A DNA stretch of 64,000 nucleotides from Tubiluchus corallicola (Eukaryota; Animalia; Priapulida), in the NCBI GenBank assembly GCA_030141605.1, contig JAQGDQ010000034.1, forward strand, positions 868,001-932,000. Reading direction: 5' to 3'. The notes under the pieces are model-generated. The model did no database searches. It was given only the letters and a program-made list of their open reading frames with translations, and had not been told where the DNA came from. Each line of letters opens with the position of its first letter. Within the stretch, counting starts at the first letter, position 1. A program made the position numbers and the translations under genes. Below are positions 1 through 12,900 of the stretch, in pieces.

Positions 1-270
1 GTGACAGCAAGATAATGAAACTAGGACCAAGCACCCTAATTTCGTCTTCAGTTGAGGCTGTTCAGTTATTTGAATGTAGGTTAATATACATACAAGTACT
101 AGTTAAACAAAGCAGGCGCTAGAGTGGACCCCTGAGGCATACCAGTAGCTAATTTATCAACGAGGAGTGTTGAGTTTATTATTCTGAGGTTTTCTTATTT
201 CTCTTGAACATTAGTTGAAATTTTAGTAGGGCTGAAGTTTGGTTAATTTTCTGGATACTCAGGTCTGAAT
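1..270 (-). mobile_element. Degenerate non-LTR retrotransposon RT fragment
   Basis: Minus-strand translation near 95-150 gives TGMPQGSTLAPALFN* (RT GxPQGS motif), interrupted by a stop. Confidence 0.6.
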
Positions 271-697
271 AATTTTAATCACTTTGCTGTCAAAATTCAA
301 ATATCTTAATGACTGTTTAAGATTTTGTAATATAAGTGTTACCCCTACATATACGTAACATATTAAATAATCATTGCTAATCGTTAAATTAAAATTACAC
401 ATCTTTGCCTGTAATACTCTAAAATGTTGTGCTGCTTACAAATACAATGCAGTATTAGTGCTAGATTATCAACCTGTTATTTGAACATCATTTCCTGTCA
501 TAACTGTCCCCAGGTGAGTCGTTTACAATGTGCTCATGTCAAATTTTGGCCCAGTTTCTTTTTGGAAATCAGTTGAATTAATAGATTAACATTGCAGCAT
601 GGGATTTAGCATAATAACCCATTGTTAAGACGAAAGAAGTTAATGTTTGCACGAATTAACAATCTTTTGTCAGTGCATTATAATGATGTTGTTACAG

Positions 698-901
698 ACT
701 GCCGGAAGGGTTTACCCAACTGCTTAACCTCACTGAGCTTTATCTAAACGATACATTCCTTGATTTTCTACCTGGAAATTTTGGACGGTAAGTAGGTTTA
801 AGTTGTCAAAACTAAGTGAACTTAACACTTTACATGCAGCACAGATTGTCTGTGTATTTTTAGAAATTTGCAGTTTATGGAGTTTATGCCAGTAGGTGAG
901 A

Positions 902-997
<96 letters not shown>

Positions 998-3900
998 TGC
1001 AACCAAAAATGTGACTTGAAGAGTAACGCTTTTTGCTGTTTTATTATCTGAGTCCTGGAATTGAACATATGAGCTTCTACATGCAAAATGAGCCCAAAAC
1101 ATTCATGCAGCCTAACACCATTGTTATTTTTCTTTTAGTCTGTCAAGTTTGCGGATTTTAGAAGTTCGAGAAAATCATCTGAAAACTTTGCCCAAGTCGA
1201 TGGGCCGACTCCGCGATCTTGAGCGATTAGACGTGGGCAACAATGATTTCTCGGAGCTGGTATGTTTGTCGTGTTTGGCAAATTGCTTGGGTTTTTTATA
1301 TTTGCACAGCCCAGTCTGTTTAACTAGAGCAGTGCAATTTGCTTAGGAGGAAGCTGTTTTCCGTGAATTTTAATGCTTTTCTATGGTTTTGTACACATAC
1401 ACATGTTCGTTAAGTAGGAGGGAAATACTCGTTTTTTTGTATGAGCTAAAATAATTGCAGACAAACACTATTATAGATAATTATGTCTCATTTGCTAGTC
1501 GTATTTGAAAAGTTAGTAAGTGCAGTAATTATTTTAATGGTTATGAGATGATTTAAGAAAATCTGGTATATTAGAGAAGATAAAATATTGTGCTATCCAC
1601 TGATCATGACATAAGCAAATAAAAAATGTCTAATGCAAAAAGTGCCTAAGAAACAATCAGAAGATGATGATAATTTATTATAGACTTTCATTGATTTTGT
1701 TAAGATGGAATGCTTTGCTGTATCTTCTTTCTTTCTATGCAAAGTTTCACTTTCCGACGGCAAGTCTGTAAAATGTGCGTTTTCTATATTGCAGCCCGAC
1801 GTAATTGGGAGCTTGATTGGTCTACTCGAGCTGTGGTGTGATTACAACAAGATTTCAAAGCTTCCCTCGGTAAGTTTCATTCAAAGAGCAAACAAAAAGC
1901 TATTACCTTTGTCCTGTAGTAAAGACCGTAGAAGGTTGAAATGGGGTTGAGGAGGAAGATGATGGGGCCGAGAAAGGGCGGGGGAAAGAGAGTTATAGTA
2001 AACTAAGGATTTCTGCAGCCAGTACTGGCGGATTTCAATGAGTGTTCTGTGACCTTGGATGGGTTCATCAGGGGCAAAGGGCCAAAGGTAAGTCTTCTTG
2101 AAAATTGACATTTTACCTTCTTTTAGGGTTTTAACCATTGGCAGATGTGATAGAGGATGCAGATACCTAGTGTGTGGTGTTAAGTTGGTCGAATGTAAAT
2201 GGTCAACACTTAACTTTTACAGCCAGGCGACAATTATTACTTTATAAAGTAGGTACATGAAGGTGGTGCCTGTGTAATGGTATAGTGTTATGACCTTAGG
2301 TCAAGCTGTCAAGGCCAAAGTAAACAATCTGAAGAGTAAACTTTTAAAAGTCAAAAACTCGAAAGTGCAAAATTTTGAGGAAGGTCATAATGTTTGCTTC
2401 AATTTAATATGAAACCCTTAGTATAACACTTATGGCCTGTAGCTGTCAATGCGAAATTCTAATACCCGGGTAATGATTATTGCTAGGTCCATATTAGCAT
2501 GCAAAGTTTGCTTGATTTGTACTTGCACTGTGCTTGATATTAGTCAGTATGTCTGAGAGCTGTCAACACTTGGTCTAGAAGTAGTTTATTTGGCTGGTGG
2601 TCAATTTATAAATAAACAGTGTGTCATTACACAGGCTAGTATGTTTATTTTAAACTGCTTATTGACGTAGGGCATTACCCCTGCTTACATTAAACAGCTG
2701 TCAGACTGGAACCTGTTGAAACTGATATGCAGTACTAAATAAACTAATTTCTAAAGTGGCTAATGCTGAACACTTACCTACATGACTCAGTTAACAGCTT
2801 CTTATTGCCAATGGTTGTGCTGTTAGTACACTTCAGAGCAAGTTTGTTGCGTATTTTTTATTCGAGAGAAATTATACTTGCCACAGTTTCTAAAACACTG
2901 TTGAATATATGTTATCTGTGCTTGTATTTTGGCATATAAAATTTCTATCAAATTCTTTGCAGTTCAAATCACGCTTTTTGAAACTTTTTTGTTTCTACAG
3001 TCAAACCTCGTTATAATGTCCGCGTTTATTATGCCAACCTCGATTAACTCCCAAATTTTTAGCAAAACAAAATATCTATATTTGCTTGGATATGTATGTA
3101 TTAATGTAGCTCATTATAGTGGCGAAGTTGCTATGATGCCAATTTTTTGCATTCCCAAAGTGGGCAGTATAAAGAGGTTTGACCAGGGCCACTGAGAGAG
3201 GTTTTATGTGTTGGAGCAAGGCAAATTTTGCACCCCTCCCTCACCTGAACAAGAGATGAAGACTATTAAATACAATACAATAATTTATGTTCAATAATCT
3301 TTGTTTCTTAATAACTGAAAAATGTTTATTCACAGTGAACCATTTTATGTCCCCGTTCATTTTCTGCTAAATAAAGTCGCTTTTCTGGATCTTTTCTTGC
3401 AAAACAATGAATAACCTCATCAAAATTCACTGTTTTGCTAGTTCAGTTTCAGTACTCAGTCTTGCCAGCTCTACTAGCCTTTCCCGTGTCATTGTGAGGC
3501 TAAGGATATTTTTAACCTGTTTTGGTTTGCTCAATGGGTGCTCCGCAGAGGCAACAGTAGCCGGTATTGTAAGAAGAATACGTAGGCACACACATTCATT
3601 TGGAAAGAGCCCTACCAGTATGTACTTCCTCAGACAATTCACCAACTCTATGGCCAGAGTAGGGCATCTGATTCAGCTTGACAGGAATACTATTCATGCC
3701 GACGTACAAAATTTTATATTTATGTGCCCGGGGACTTCACAGTCGGGCCTACAGAACTTCCTGGGCCCGGAGCAGTGTACTGGCTGCACCCCCTCCCTCC
3801 CTTGGGCCTGGGTTTGACTGTATTATATGTTAATTATGCCTTGGCTTTTCATACTCTTGCTTGGCAAGTTTTTGTTGCTCAGTCATTAAATAATATTTTA

Positions 3901-6900
3901 ATTAGCCGTGCTGTTGTACTCTTTTCCAGGCACTTGGCAAACTAAAGCAACTTATGTTTCTGGACGCGTCTCATAATCGAATAGAACACATTGCTGATAA
4001 CATGATGTCGTGCGAAGCCTTGTCAGATCTGTACCTCACTGGAAACTCGTTGTCAAGCTTACCCGAGTCTATTGGTAACCGTGATCTGAATAGACTCTTG
4101 ATAGGCGGGAATTAAGGCCTAATAAGAAATAATAACATCAGTGATGCAATAAGCAATGTTGTCAAATTTATTTTGGACATTTCGGATGTCCTAGCAGCAA
4201 GTTTCAGCAGGTTGGAACTCGAAAAAAGAATGGATTTAATTTAGAAATCGAATTTGTAAGCCGCTTAGCCAAAAAAAACTATTGTAGTTTGCTAGCTAAC
4301 AACAAATAGTAAAAGAATAATAAACAATGACCAAACACATTCATCACTCTTATTATTATTTGTTATCGCTTACCGTTTTGCAAACTGTTGTAGACTTTTT
4401 TTGTGGTCAATAGCTTGCAGGTGTGATTTCTAATGTAGATCAATTTGTTTTTGTTTCTAGTTTTTAGTCGGCTGGGGTTGTCTGATAGGACAGCTGAAAC
4501 GTTTAAAATGGATTTCATAGCTAGTTTTATTGCATAGTTTGGTGCTGTTTTTTTATGTATGATTTATCGCCACTTCATTTGTTTCTAAAATACTAAATAA
4601 TGAATAATGTGGCAGAAGTGTCAATGTTTCTGTCAAATATGAAGAGATACAGCTGGTTGTAGATTTGAACCGAGCACTTTGGGATACAAATCCGTTTATA
4701 CCGCATTAATATTTCTCATTTTGCTTTCATTCGTTTTACGCATTTGAACTGATTTTTTTCTTTTCTAGGAAAATTGTCAAACTTAACTACATTGAAAGTT
4801 GACAGCAATAATGTATCTTTTGTGCCAAACGGCATCGGACAGTGAGTATGATTCCATTATTTCTAACATTTTTTTGGTTTTCATGCTTTTGTTTGTATTT
4901 GCGAATTACAAATCCAGTTACTGCGGTTACTTTCAAAATGCACAAACAATGATGTTAACTTTCAGCCATTAACTATCAGTGATCTTTAAGCATATTTTCA
5001 ATTAATTTATACTAGTGCATATTTGCATATTTAGTAATAAATAGAGCGACATTTGTGTCATACACGATGAAACTTCTCCTTCATGAGACCATGAGTAAAT
5101 ATAGTCAGTTTGTATTCAGTAGATCTGAATGTAATATATTTGCTGAGAAATTTTAAATCTTAAAATCGTAGTCAGCAACGCATTTTTGTTGATTGTGACT
5201 ATTTCTACATTACATTGATTTTTATTATTTTAAAAATCTCTTCTTCTTGCTGCGGAGGATTTTCATTTTATTGGTATGTACACCACTAGGTATTTTTGTT
5301 GTTATCAATGAAAAGTTTGTTATGCTATTGTATTTACAAAAAAACTTTTTATCAGACTTGTACTGTCGTGCAGTATAAGAATGTTGTTTTTATGGTGTCT
5401 ATTAAATAGTTTTCATGTTTCAGACTGAGCTGTCTGTCTGAATTGAACTTGAGCAATAATCGGATCAGCAGGTTGCCTAGCAGCATTGGTTTGTTGCGCA
5501 ATTTGCGAACGTTAAACGTGGACGAGAATGACCTGGAAGAAATTCCTCACGAGGTAATATAAGATCGTCGTGTAAACTTGTTTGCTTTTTAAGTACTTTC
5601 ATTTTTGGTTTTTAAAAAGGCCCTTCATTTGTGTTTTTGCGATGATTATGTACGGCTGTGACTTGAAATTTTTAATGGTCGTTGTTAAAATTAAATTTAA
5701 CAATCCTCTTCTTAGTTAAAAATGCATGAATGGACTAGCAGCCAGTTATTTATCCGAATTTTTCCAAATGTACACACCATCTTGCCGACTAAGATCATCT
5801 GATCATAATACTGTAGTACAACCTAGAACTAATCCTGTTTAGCTGGAGATAGCTTTCTTCCAGTGCTGCCCTCACTTATGGAATGCGCTTTCAGTTGTGG
5901 TCACAAACTCTCGAAGTATCACTGTTTTTAAACGTCAAATTAAAATATTTTTAATTTTAGAAGCGTTTTCAACTTTTTTGCTTTTTGATTTATACGTAAT
6001 TGTGGTCTTTAATGGATTTTAGGCAATAAAATTATTATTTTTATTTTATTGTTATTATAGTTGTTTGCATCGGAAACATTATAGGCCGATAAATACAATA
6101 TTTATCTATAGGATAACATAAATAGGACATTTATCTGTGAAATGTTTCTTCCTATTGGCTTCATTAACTGTTTTATAATAGAATAAGAGTTTTTTATATT
6201 TTTATATTAATTTTACTAATTTTTTTCCTGAAATTTTGTATTATTTAGCTGTTTTAAATCGTCAATTTAATATTAGTCTTATGTATTCGTACTGCACTGC
6301 ATTCAAGAACATGTTCATATATTTTATGATATTAAATAAATAAACGTGATTAGATGATACAATATTTCGTAGATTGGCAGTTGCAGCGGGTTGACCGTGT
6401 TTTCCGCTCGCGACAACAGACTGCACCACATTCCGGAGGAAATCGGTCATGTGAGCCGACTTCGAGTGATCAACCTGAGCGAGAATCAGCTACTCTTCCT
6501 ACCTATAAGCTTAATGAAGTTAAAACACCTGGATGCCTTGTGGTTATCCGAAAATCAGGTAATTGTGGAATTCTGAAAAAAAAAAACACAATTTGTCGTT
6601 AATTGTTCTTAATGTTATTGCAGTTTTGGATCTTACAGTTTGATACACGTCAAACCAAAATCACGCATTTGAAGAAGGTGCTTTTTGTAGCTTGGTTAAT
6701 TATAAAGTCTTCCTCTGAGTCGAGTCACTGAACCAGCAGAGGTGTGTCTTGCTCCTGTTCGGGGGTATATACATTCTTCATCTGTGAGGTAAACAGCCTG
6801 ACGGCGTAACCACTTTGCTATGAAACTCAGGTTACTCTGAATTATGATTGTAACGGTTTGGCTGGCGGAGAAAAAATGAGGCTATTCAACTTTGAATTTA

Positions 6901-9900
6901 ACTTACAGAATGTTTCACACATTATTGCATCTGTTATCACACTTATACATGTTTGCCTCAGGCAAGTTGTCTGGCACTTAAGATATACGTGAAATTGTTT
7001 TTTTCGACAGGATTAACCTTTCAGTAAAAATAAAGTATACCACCAGCCTGCTTGTGATGTCTGAAAGTGCTTGTAATGTATACGCTCAAACCAAAGTTGC
7101 GTTCCCATTTTCTATGTTAGTTTATTCTGCAAAAAATACAAATTTTTTGTAGTCTACAATTACTACCGCTACAAAACTACTAAAATAAGTGCTACAGATT
7201 ACTACGTTACACTAATAAGCTAAAATGCATGCATACATTTTTGGTCCAATATTGAGTCGAGAAAAAGCCAAAATGTCAGTAAAAAGTAGCAGTATAATTG
7301 TAAGTCAAAATTTAAATGTAACAGAGACCTGTGCAAATAGCAAGTTTCGCCTATACAATGTCAGAGTAGAAAAAAAGTAGTCTAGCTTGTTGAACTACAG
7401 TCTAATATATTGTGGCTTCCAATGCATATACTACCTTGGGAAGGGGCAATAGACCAAAACATTTGTACCTGCAACAGTGCAACAGTACCTGCAATGGTGA
7501 TATTCTGAGTGTAATTTAGACATGTAATTAATGTAGTTAAAAGAACTAATTCTGTATTAGTAAACATAAGCAGTAGCCTTTTAAAAAACATCACTGATGT
7601 TGTTGTAGTACATATGCAAATAATGACGTAATTTAAGCTAAAATATCCTAAACAATGTTTTTCTGCTTGTTTCAGTGGCATAAAAGTTACACTGGGATAA
7701 GTCAAACTAATTGAAGTGTACACGTTTATCATTATTATTAATAATTTCTGTATTTATTATTTTAAATTGTTATTTGCTTTTCTAAAACTTTACGAAACAT
7801 TTTAGAAATGTTATTCTGTATTGTTGTAGGCCATTCCTCTGATTCCGTTGCAACCTGACATAGATCCGCACACCCGACAGCGTGTTCTGACTTGTTTTAT
7901 GTTTCCACAGCAGTCGTCCAGAGGGCAGGGTGAGTTGTACTTGTGTTGATAAAACGTGTTTGTTATAGTCGATGTAACTAATGTTAGTAACGTTAATTTT
8001 ACAGACTTAGTAGCGTTGGGGATTAGGCCCCGTTGTAGAAATTTTAGTTACCAGTTAGTTGACTGTTTGTGTCGTATTTAAAATAGGTGACTATCTGAGC
8101 GATGGGGATAGCTTTCATCCGTCCTTGTGGGAAGAGGAGAGACTGACACGTCAACAGATCGCGTTCGACATGCCTTCTGATCAGGATCATGTAAGTTTGG
8201 TTGTTACAAAAGTTTTTCTAAATACAGCATACTCGCGAATATAATTATAGTATAAAGAATTTGTTATTTTTCTGGAATCGGTGCAGATTTACTGGATTGA
8301 AAACTGGGTAGTTATTCGATTTCATTTGATAAATGAGATTCTGCTGTCTAAGTTCCTTTTAATTTTGGTGTGAACGCTACCAGTTCTGTATTTTCTAAGC
8401 AGACTATACCTTTGTTGTAGCTCATTTTGTTGGAATACTGAAAATCGAGTGTCTTAGTGGTGTAATAGTTAGCATAGCTGCTTGGAAAGCAGAATGTTTC
8501 GGGCTCGAGTCCTAGTAAGAATGTAAAAATTTTTCAGACTCTAATTAAGTGTTACTGTTCATAGAATTTATTTACTTCACTATCATCCCCATCATTATAG
8601 TATCATTAGTTCAGAAATTAGTAGTTCACCGTTTACTGGAGTTTGTACTTCTCTTTCAGGATAGCACTCTGTTAAGAAATCCCACTCCGTACCCGAAGGA
8701 GATGCGAATGCTCGCCAAACACGCTCAGAATGTCAGCGCGAGACTGGCTAACGGTCCCGTTGCTCATCCGAACGACTCCATGAACTCGACGGCCGACAGA
8801 TTTCACCAACACGTAAGTACGAAAAGTCGTAAGCGACATCTAGGATTTCACCTTTAACCAGCTTACAATTTCACGCTCCTTTCTTATAAGACAAATTCTA
8901 AAATTGAGCGCTCAACTAATAATGTTGATAGGCCTTTTGCTCAATTACGAGTAGTTTGCTTATAAAAGTATGTGCCAAAAGAGTATTATTTGGAGTGCCA
9001 TTTCAGCCAGTAATATTGTAGTTAGACTGTAGCATCATAGTGTTACTAGATAATTGTTACCAAAAAAACTTACCGTAAATGTAGTGCTCTTTTGCCATAT
9101 CGACAGACCTCTCTCAATAAGTAAAGATCTTAGTACATTTCACCTGAAGACTAGAGTATGCTTGAGTGTATTTATAAATTTTCTTCTTATAAATACTTAT
9201 AATAATTATAAATAATTATTAGTATAATAATAATAATAGTATAATTATAAATATTGCTTGTTTTTAAATGCAGTGATCATCTGGCACTCATTTTTATAAT
9301 GTTAACTTCAGTCTATTTAAATTAGTGTTAGGTAAAGTCATTTTAGTGTGATGTAATTTAATTGTAATTTTAAACTTCAGTGTATCTTAATTGATGTAAA
9401 GTAATTTAACCTTCGGGTTCCAAGAGTTTTTATAATAATAAACTTTAATAAACAATTAAATAAGCTGTAGATTAACGAATAATGATTAACAGTTTACATT
9501 CCTATTAGATACAGTAATATTTGTATCTAATATTGGACCATAGTTGACCTATTTTGTTCCAGAACATATCAGCCAACAGCATGGAGGGCACACCAGCAAA
9601 AAGTCCTCTCTATCCGACGAGTACCGTTAACGGCGTCGACGTGAAAGTCAGAGAAGCCAAGGTTACGAAACCGACGTCACCAGTCCTGCAAGAGAGTCAC
9701 GTACTGTACAGATGTGACAAAGTGAGTGTTGATGGACACTCGGTGATTTTAATTGCTAATTAATAATGGTTTGATGATGTTTTTTATGTTCTCTTAATTT
9801 AAGTGGCAACACATGCAGCAATTAACTTTGCAAACCTTAAAACTTTGCAGAATATGGCTTCTCATTCGTTGATAGAAAATTTTTATTACGGATCACTGTT

Positions 9901-12900
9901 GCGTAACTAACAATGCAGTTTGTTTACTTTGCACCTACAGGGAAAATTTGTTAAAAATTTTTTTTTTAACTAGGAGAAGCAGGCCCGGGATAAGGCACGC
10001 ATGAAGAAACATCAAGAATTAACAAAGGTATATGCGTAGCTTGATTGTTTTTAGGTATAACAGCATCGCAAATGAAGCGAGACAAATGATTTCCTGTTGC
10101 TTTTAGTTCTATAAGACATCAGATTTGCTATACCCTTACTTTACATTTCCCTTTTGTAAATACAGAGTCTGCATCTGCGCCTGCAAAATATTGCAAATAC
10201 CTGTATTTTTTAGATCTTTGCATCATGATGTCATTACTACATTTAAGTGTGTAAAATAAACCATGTATTGAAAACATAGTTGTAACATATAGAATAGAAG
10301 AGAAATTTATTTTTTACATGGATGTACTCCAAAATTCGTATAATACAATATTTCCATGATGGTTTGTACATAAAATAGATAATTTCAAATAAATAAGTAA
10401 AATTAAAGAAAAGCTTGTTTAGAGTGTGTTATTCTTTCCTAGCTTGACTAGATTAAAAACTGGTCACCTTTCTTTTCCATTTTTCTTACTATGTTATCTA
10501 AATGATAGATGAGAGCCTTTGTTATAGGAAAGTTATAAACTTTTGTCGTTTCATGGGAGATAATCAGTAGCTACAGGTCCGCAGTTGATGTCTGATTCCC
10601 ATAAAGCAGTTTTACACACCGATTTCCTTCCAACAAATCCAGTAATTTATTCTACTCGCGTGTTTACAGGCGTTGAATAGACTTGAAACGTCTTCCACCT
10701 CGAGTCGAGGATCGGCAAAGATCAAACGGCAGTCGTCATGTGACTCGGTTCGAGATAACAAGGCAGACGGACAAGAAGATGCCACGTCTCAGCGTAACAG
10801 CACGGATAAAATCGAACGGGATGCTCGGTGAGTAGAAAGTAGTGGTGCGGCTTTAACTTTCATTTTTTTGTTCCTTTATTTTGTAAATTGTCACTAATTA
10901 TTCGATACCTATTTGCGGAGATTACATGTCAGCACGTTCTTTGTGATTTTGCTTCCGCCATCTATTGTGTAATCTCTTAACTACTTTAATTTGTTGTTTA
11001 CGTTATTTTTAGTTTTTCGAAATATGTCGGTCTTCGCGAGCTCGGACGCATGCGACGACACGGACATTTGCCTTTATCCGTCGAACCAGGTTACAGGAGT
11101 GATTATGAACTGCATAGGAAATCTCAAAGTATGTTTTGTTTACTTCATTTTCTTAGATCAAAGTCATTTCAGCTACAGTAGGCGCCGCTTAATAGACTCA
11201 CTTTGGGACCGAAGTGTTTTGACATAATTAACCGACTGAACCTATTAACCAATACAGGTACAGAAGTACAGAAGTCAATAAACGTACCGGCTTACAAACA
11301 AAGCAGCACTTAACGTGATTGTTTCTGCATACATAGTGCATAAAACAGAAATAAAGATGACATAAAAGTAGGGCTTTTTAGGCACGTACAAATGTCTCAC
11401 TCTAAGTAGGCGAAGGAAAAATATTGAATCAATTATGCAGCGTTATTTGAGTCAATTACCAATAGTTGTTTGAATAGTTACCTTTTTGTATGTTTGAACA
11501 GAAGCGCGGCCTGTACCAGGCATTTTTGTATCAATTAAGCGATTGAGTCTATTAACCGTGAGTCTATTAAGCTTCGCCTACTGTAGTTTTTGCATTTTTG
11601 TGTAAAATTTATTTGGAAATTTCCTCAATTTCGCATTTCGTAGTTGTGCACGTTATTAGAGCAAGTTACAGTAAGTTTCCATTGAAACGGAACCGTCGTG
11701 TCTGAAATATCGCAGCAGCAAATACTTGGTTAAAACTTTTTTTTTGAATATAACCTGGTCTGGTATTACGTCAGCGAGGAACATCTGTAGTGAATACATG
11801 TGTATTTTTCCGGCACTTTTGCACTAAGCACTAAGCTTGTAAAGTTTGCTATGGCAAAATTGAATAGTAAAGATATCATTAGTTATCTCTTGATTATCTC
11901 ATTAGTTATCTCTTGATTATCTCATTAGTTATCTATTGATTATCTCATTAGTTATCTCTTGATTATCTCATTAGTTATTTCTTGATTATCTCATTAGTTA
12001 TCTCTTGATTATCTCATTAGTTATTTCTTGATTATCTCATTAGTTATCTCTTGACTATCTGATTAGTTATTTCTTGACTATCTGATTAGTTATTTCGTGA
12101 TTATCTCATTAGTTATCTCTTGATTATCTCATTAGTTATTTCTTGATTATCTCATTAGTTATCTCTTGACTATCTGATTAGTTATTTCTTGATTATCTCA
12201 TTAGTTATCTCTTGATTATATCACTAGTTATCTATTGATTATCTCATTAGTTATCTCTTGATTATCTCATTAGTTATCTCTTGATTATCTCATTAGTTAT
12301 TTCTTGATTATCTCATTAGTTATCTCTTGATTATCTCATTAGTTATTTCTTGATTATCTCATTAGTTATTTCTTGATTATCTCATTAGTTATCTCTTGAT
12401 TATCTCATTAGTTATCTCTTGATTATCTCATTAGTTATCTCTTGATTATCTCATTAGTTATTTCTTGATTATCTCATTAGTTATCTCTTGATTATCTAAT
12501 TAGTTATCTCTTGATTATCTCATTAGTTATTTCTTGATTATCTCATTAGTTATCTATTGATTATCTCATTAGTTATCTCTTGATTATCTCATTAGTTATC
12601 TCTTGATTATCTCATTAGTTATTTCTTGATTATCTCATTAGTTATTTCTTGATTATCTCATTAGTTATTTCTTGATTATCTCATTAGTTATCTCTTGATT
12701 ATCTCATTAGTTATTTCTTGATTATCTCATTAGTTATCTCTTGATTATCTCATTAGTTATCTCTTGATTATCTCATTGGTTATCTCTTGATTATCTCATT
12801 AGTGATAATGTTCTAAAATGAGAGGGCTCCTAGTGCTGTGCAGATGTGTATACGCTCCCTCTCAAAGAGAGAACAGCCACTGGCAATAAGTAGGCTCTTG

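Noticed and set aside
730-1102. ORFs with poly-SL
   Set aside because: Artefact of translating the (GA)n microsatellite.
6680-6870. Possible SINE fragments at about 4640-4710, 6680-6870 and 23140-23290
   Set aside because: Only weak box-like similarity and no second copy in the window; insufficient support.
8451-8522. Functional tRNA-Ser(GGA)
   Set aside because: No long variable arm, T-loop lacks TTC (CTC), and stems are mismatched.
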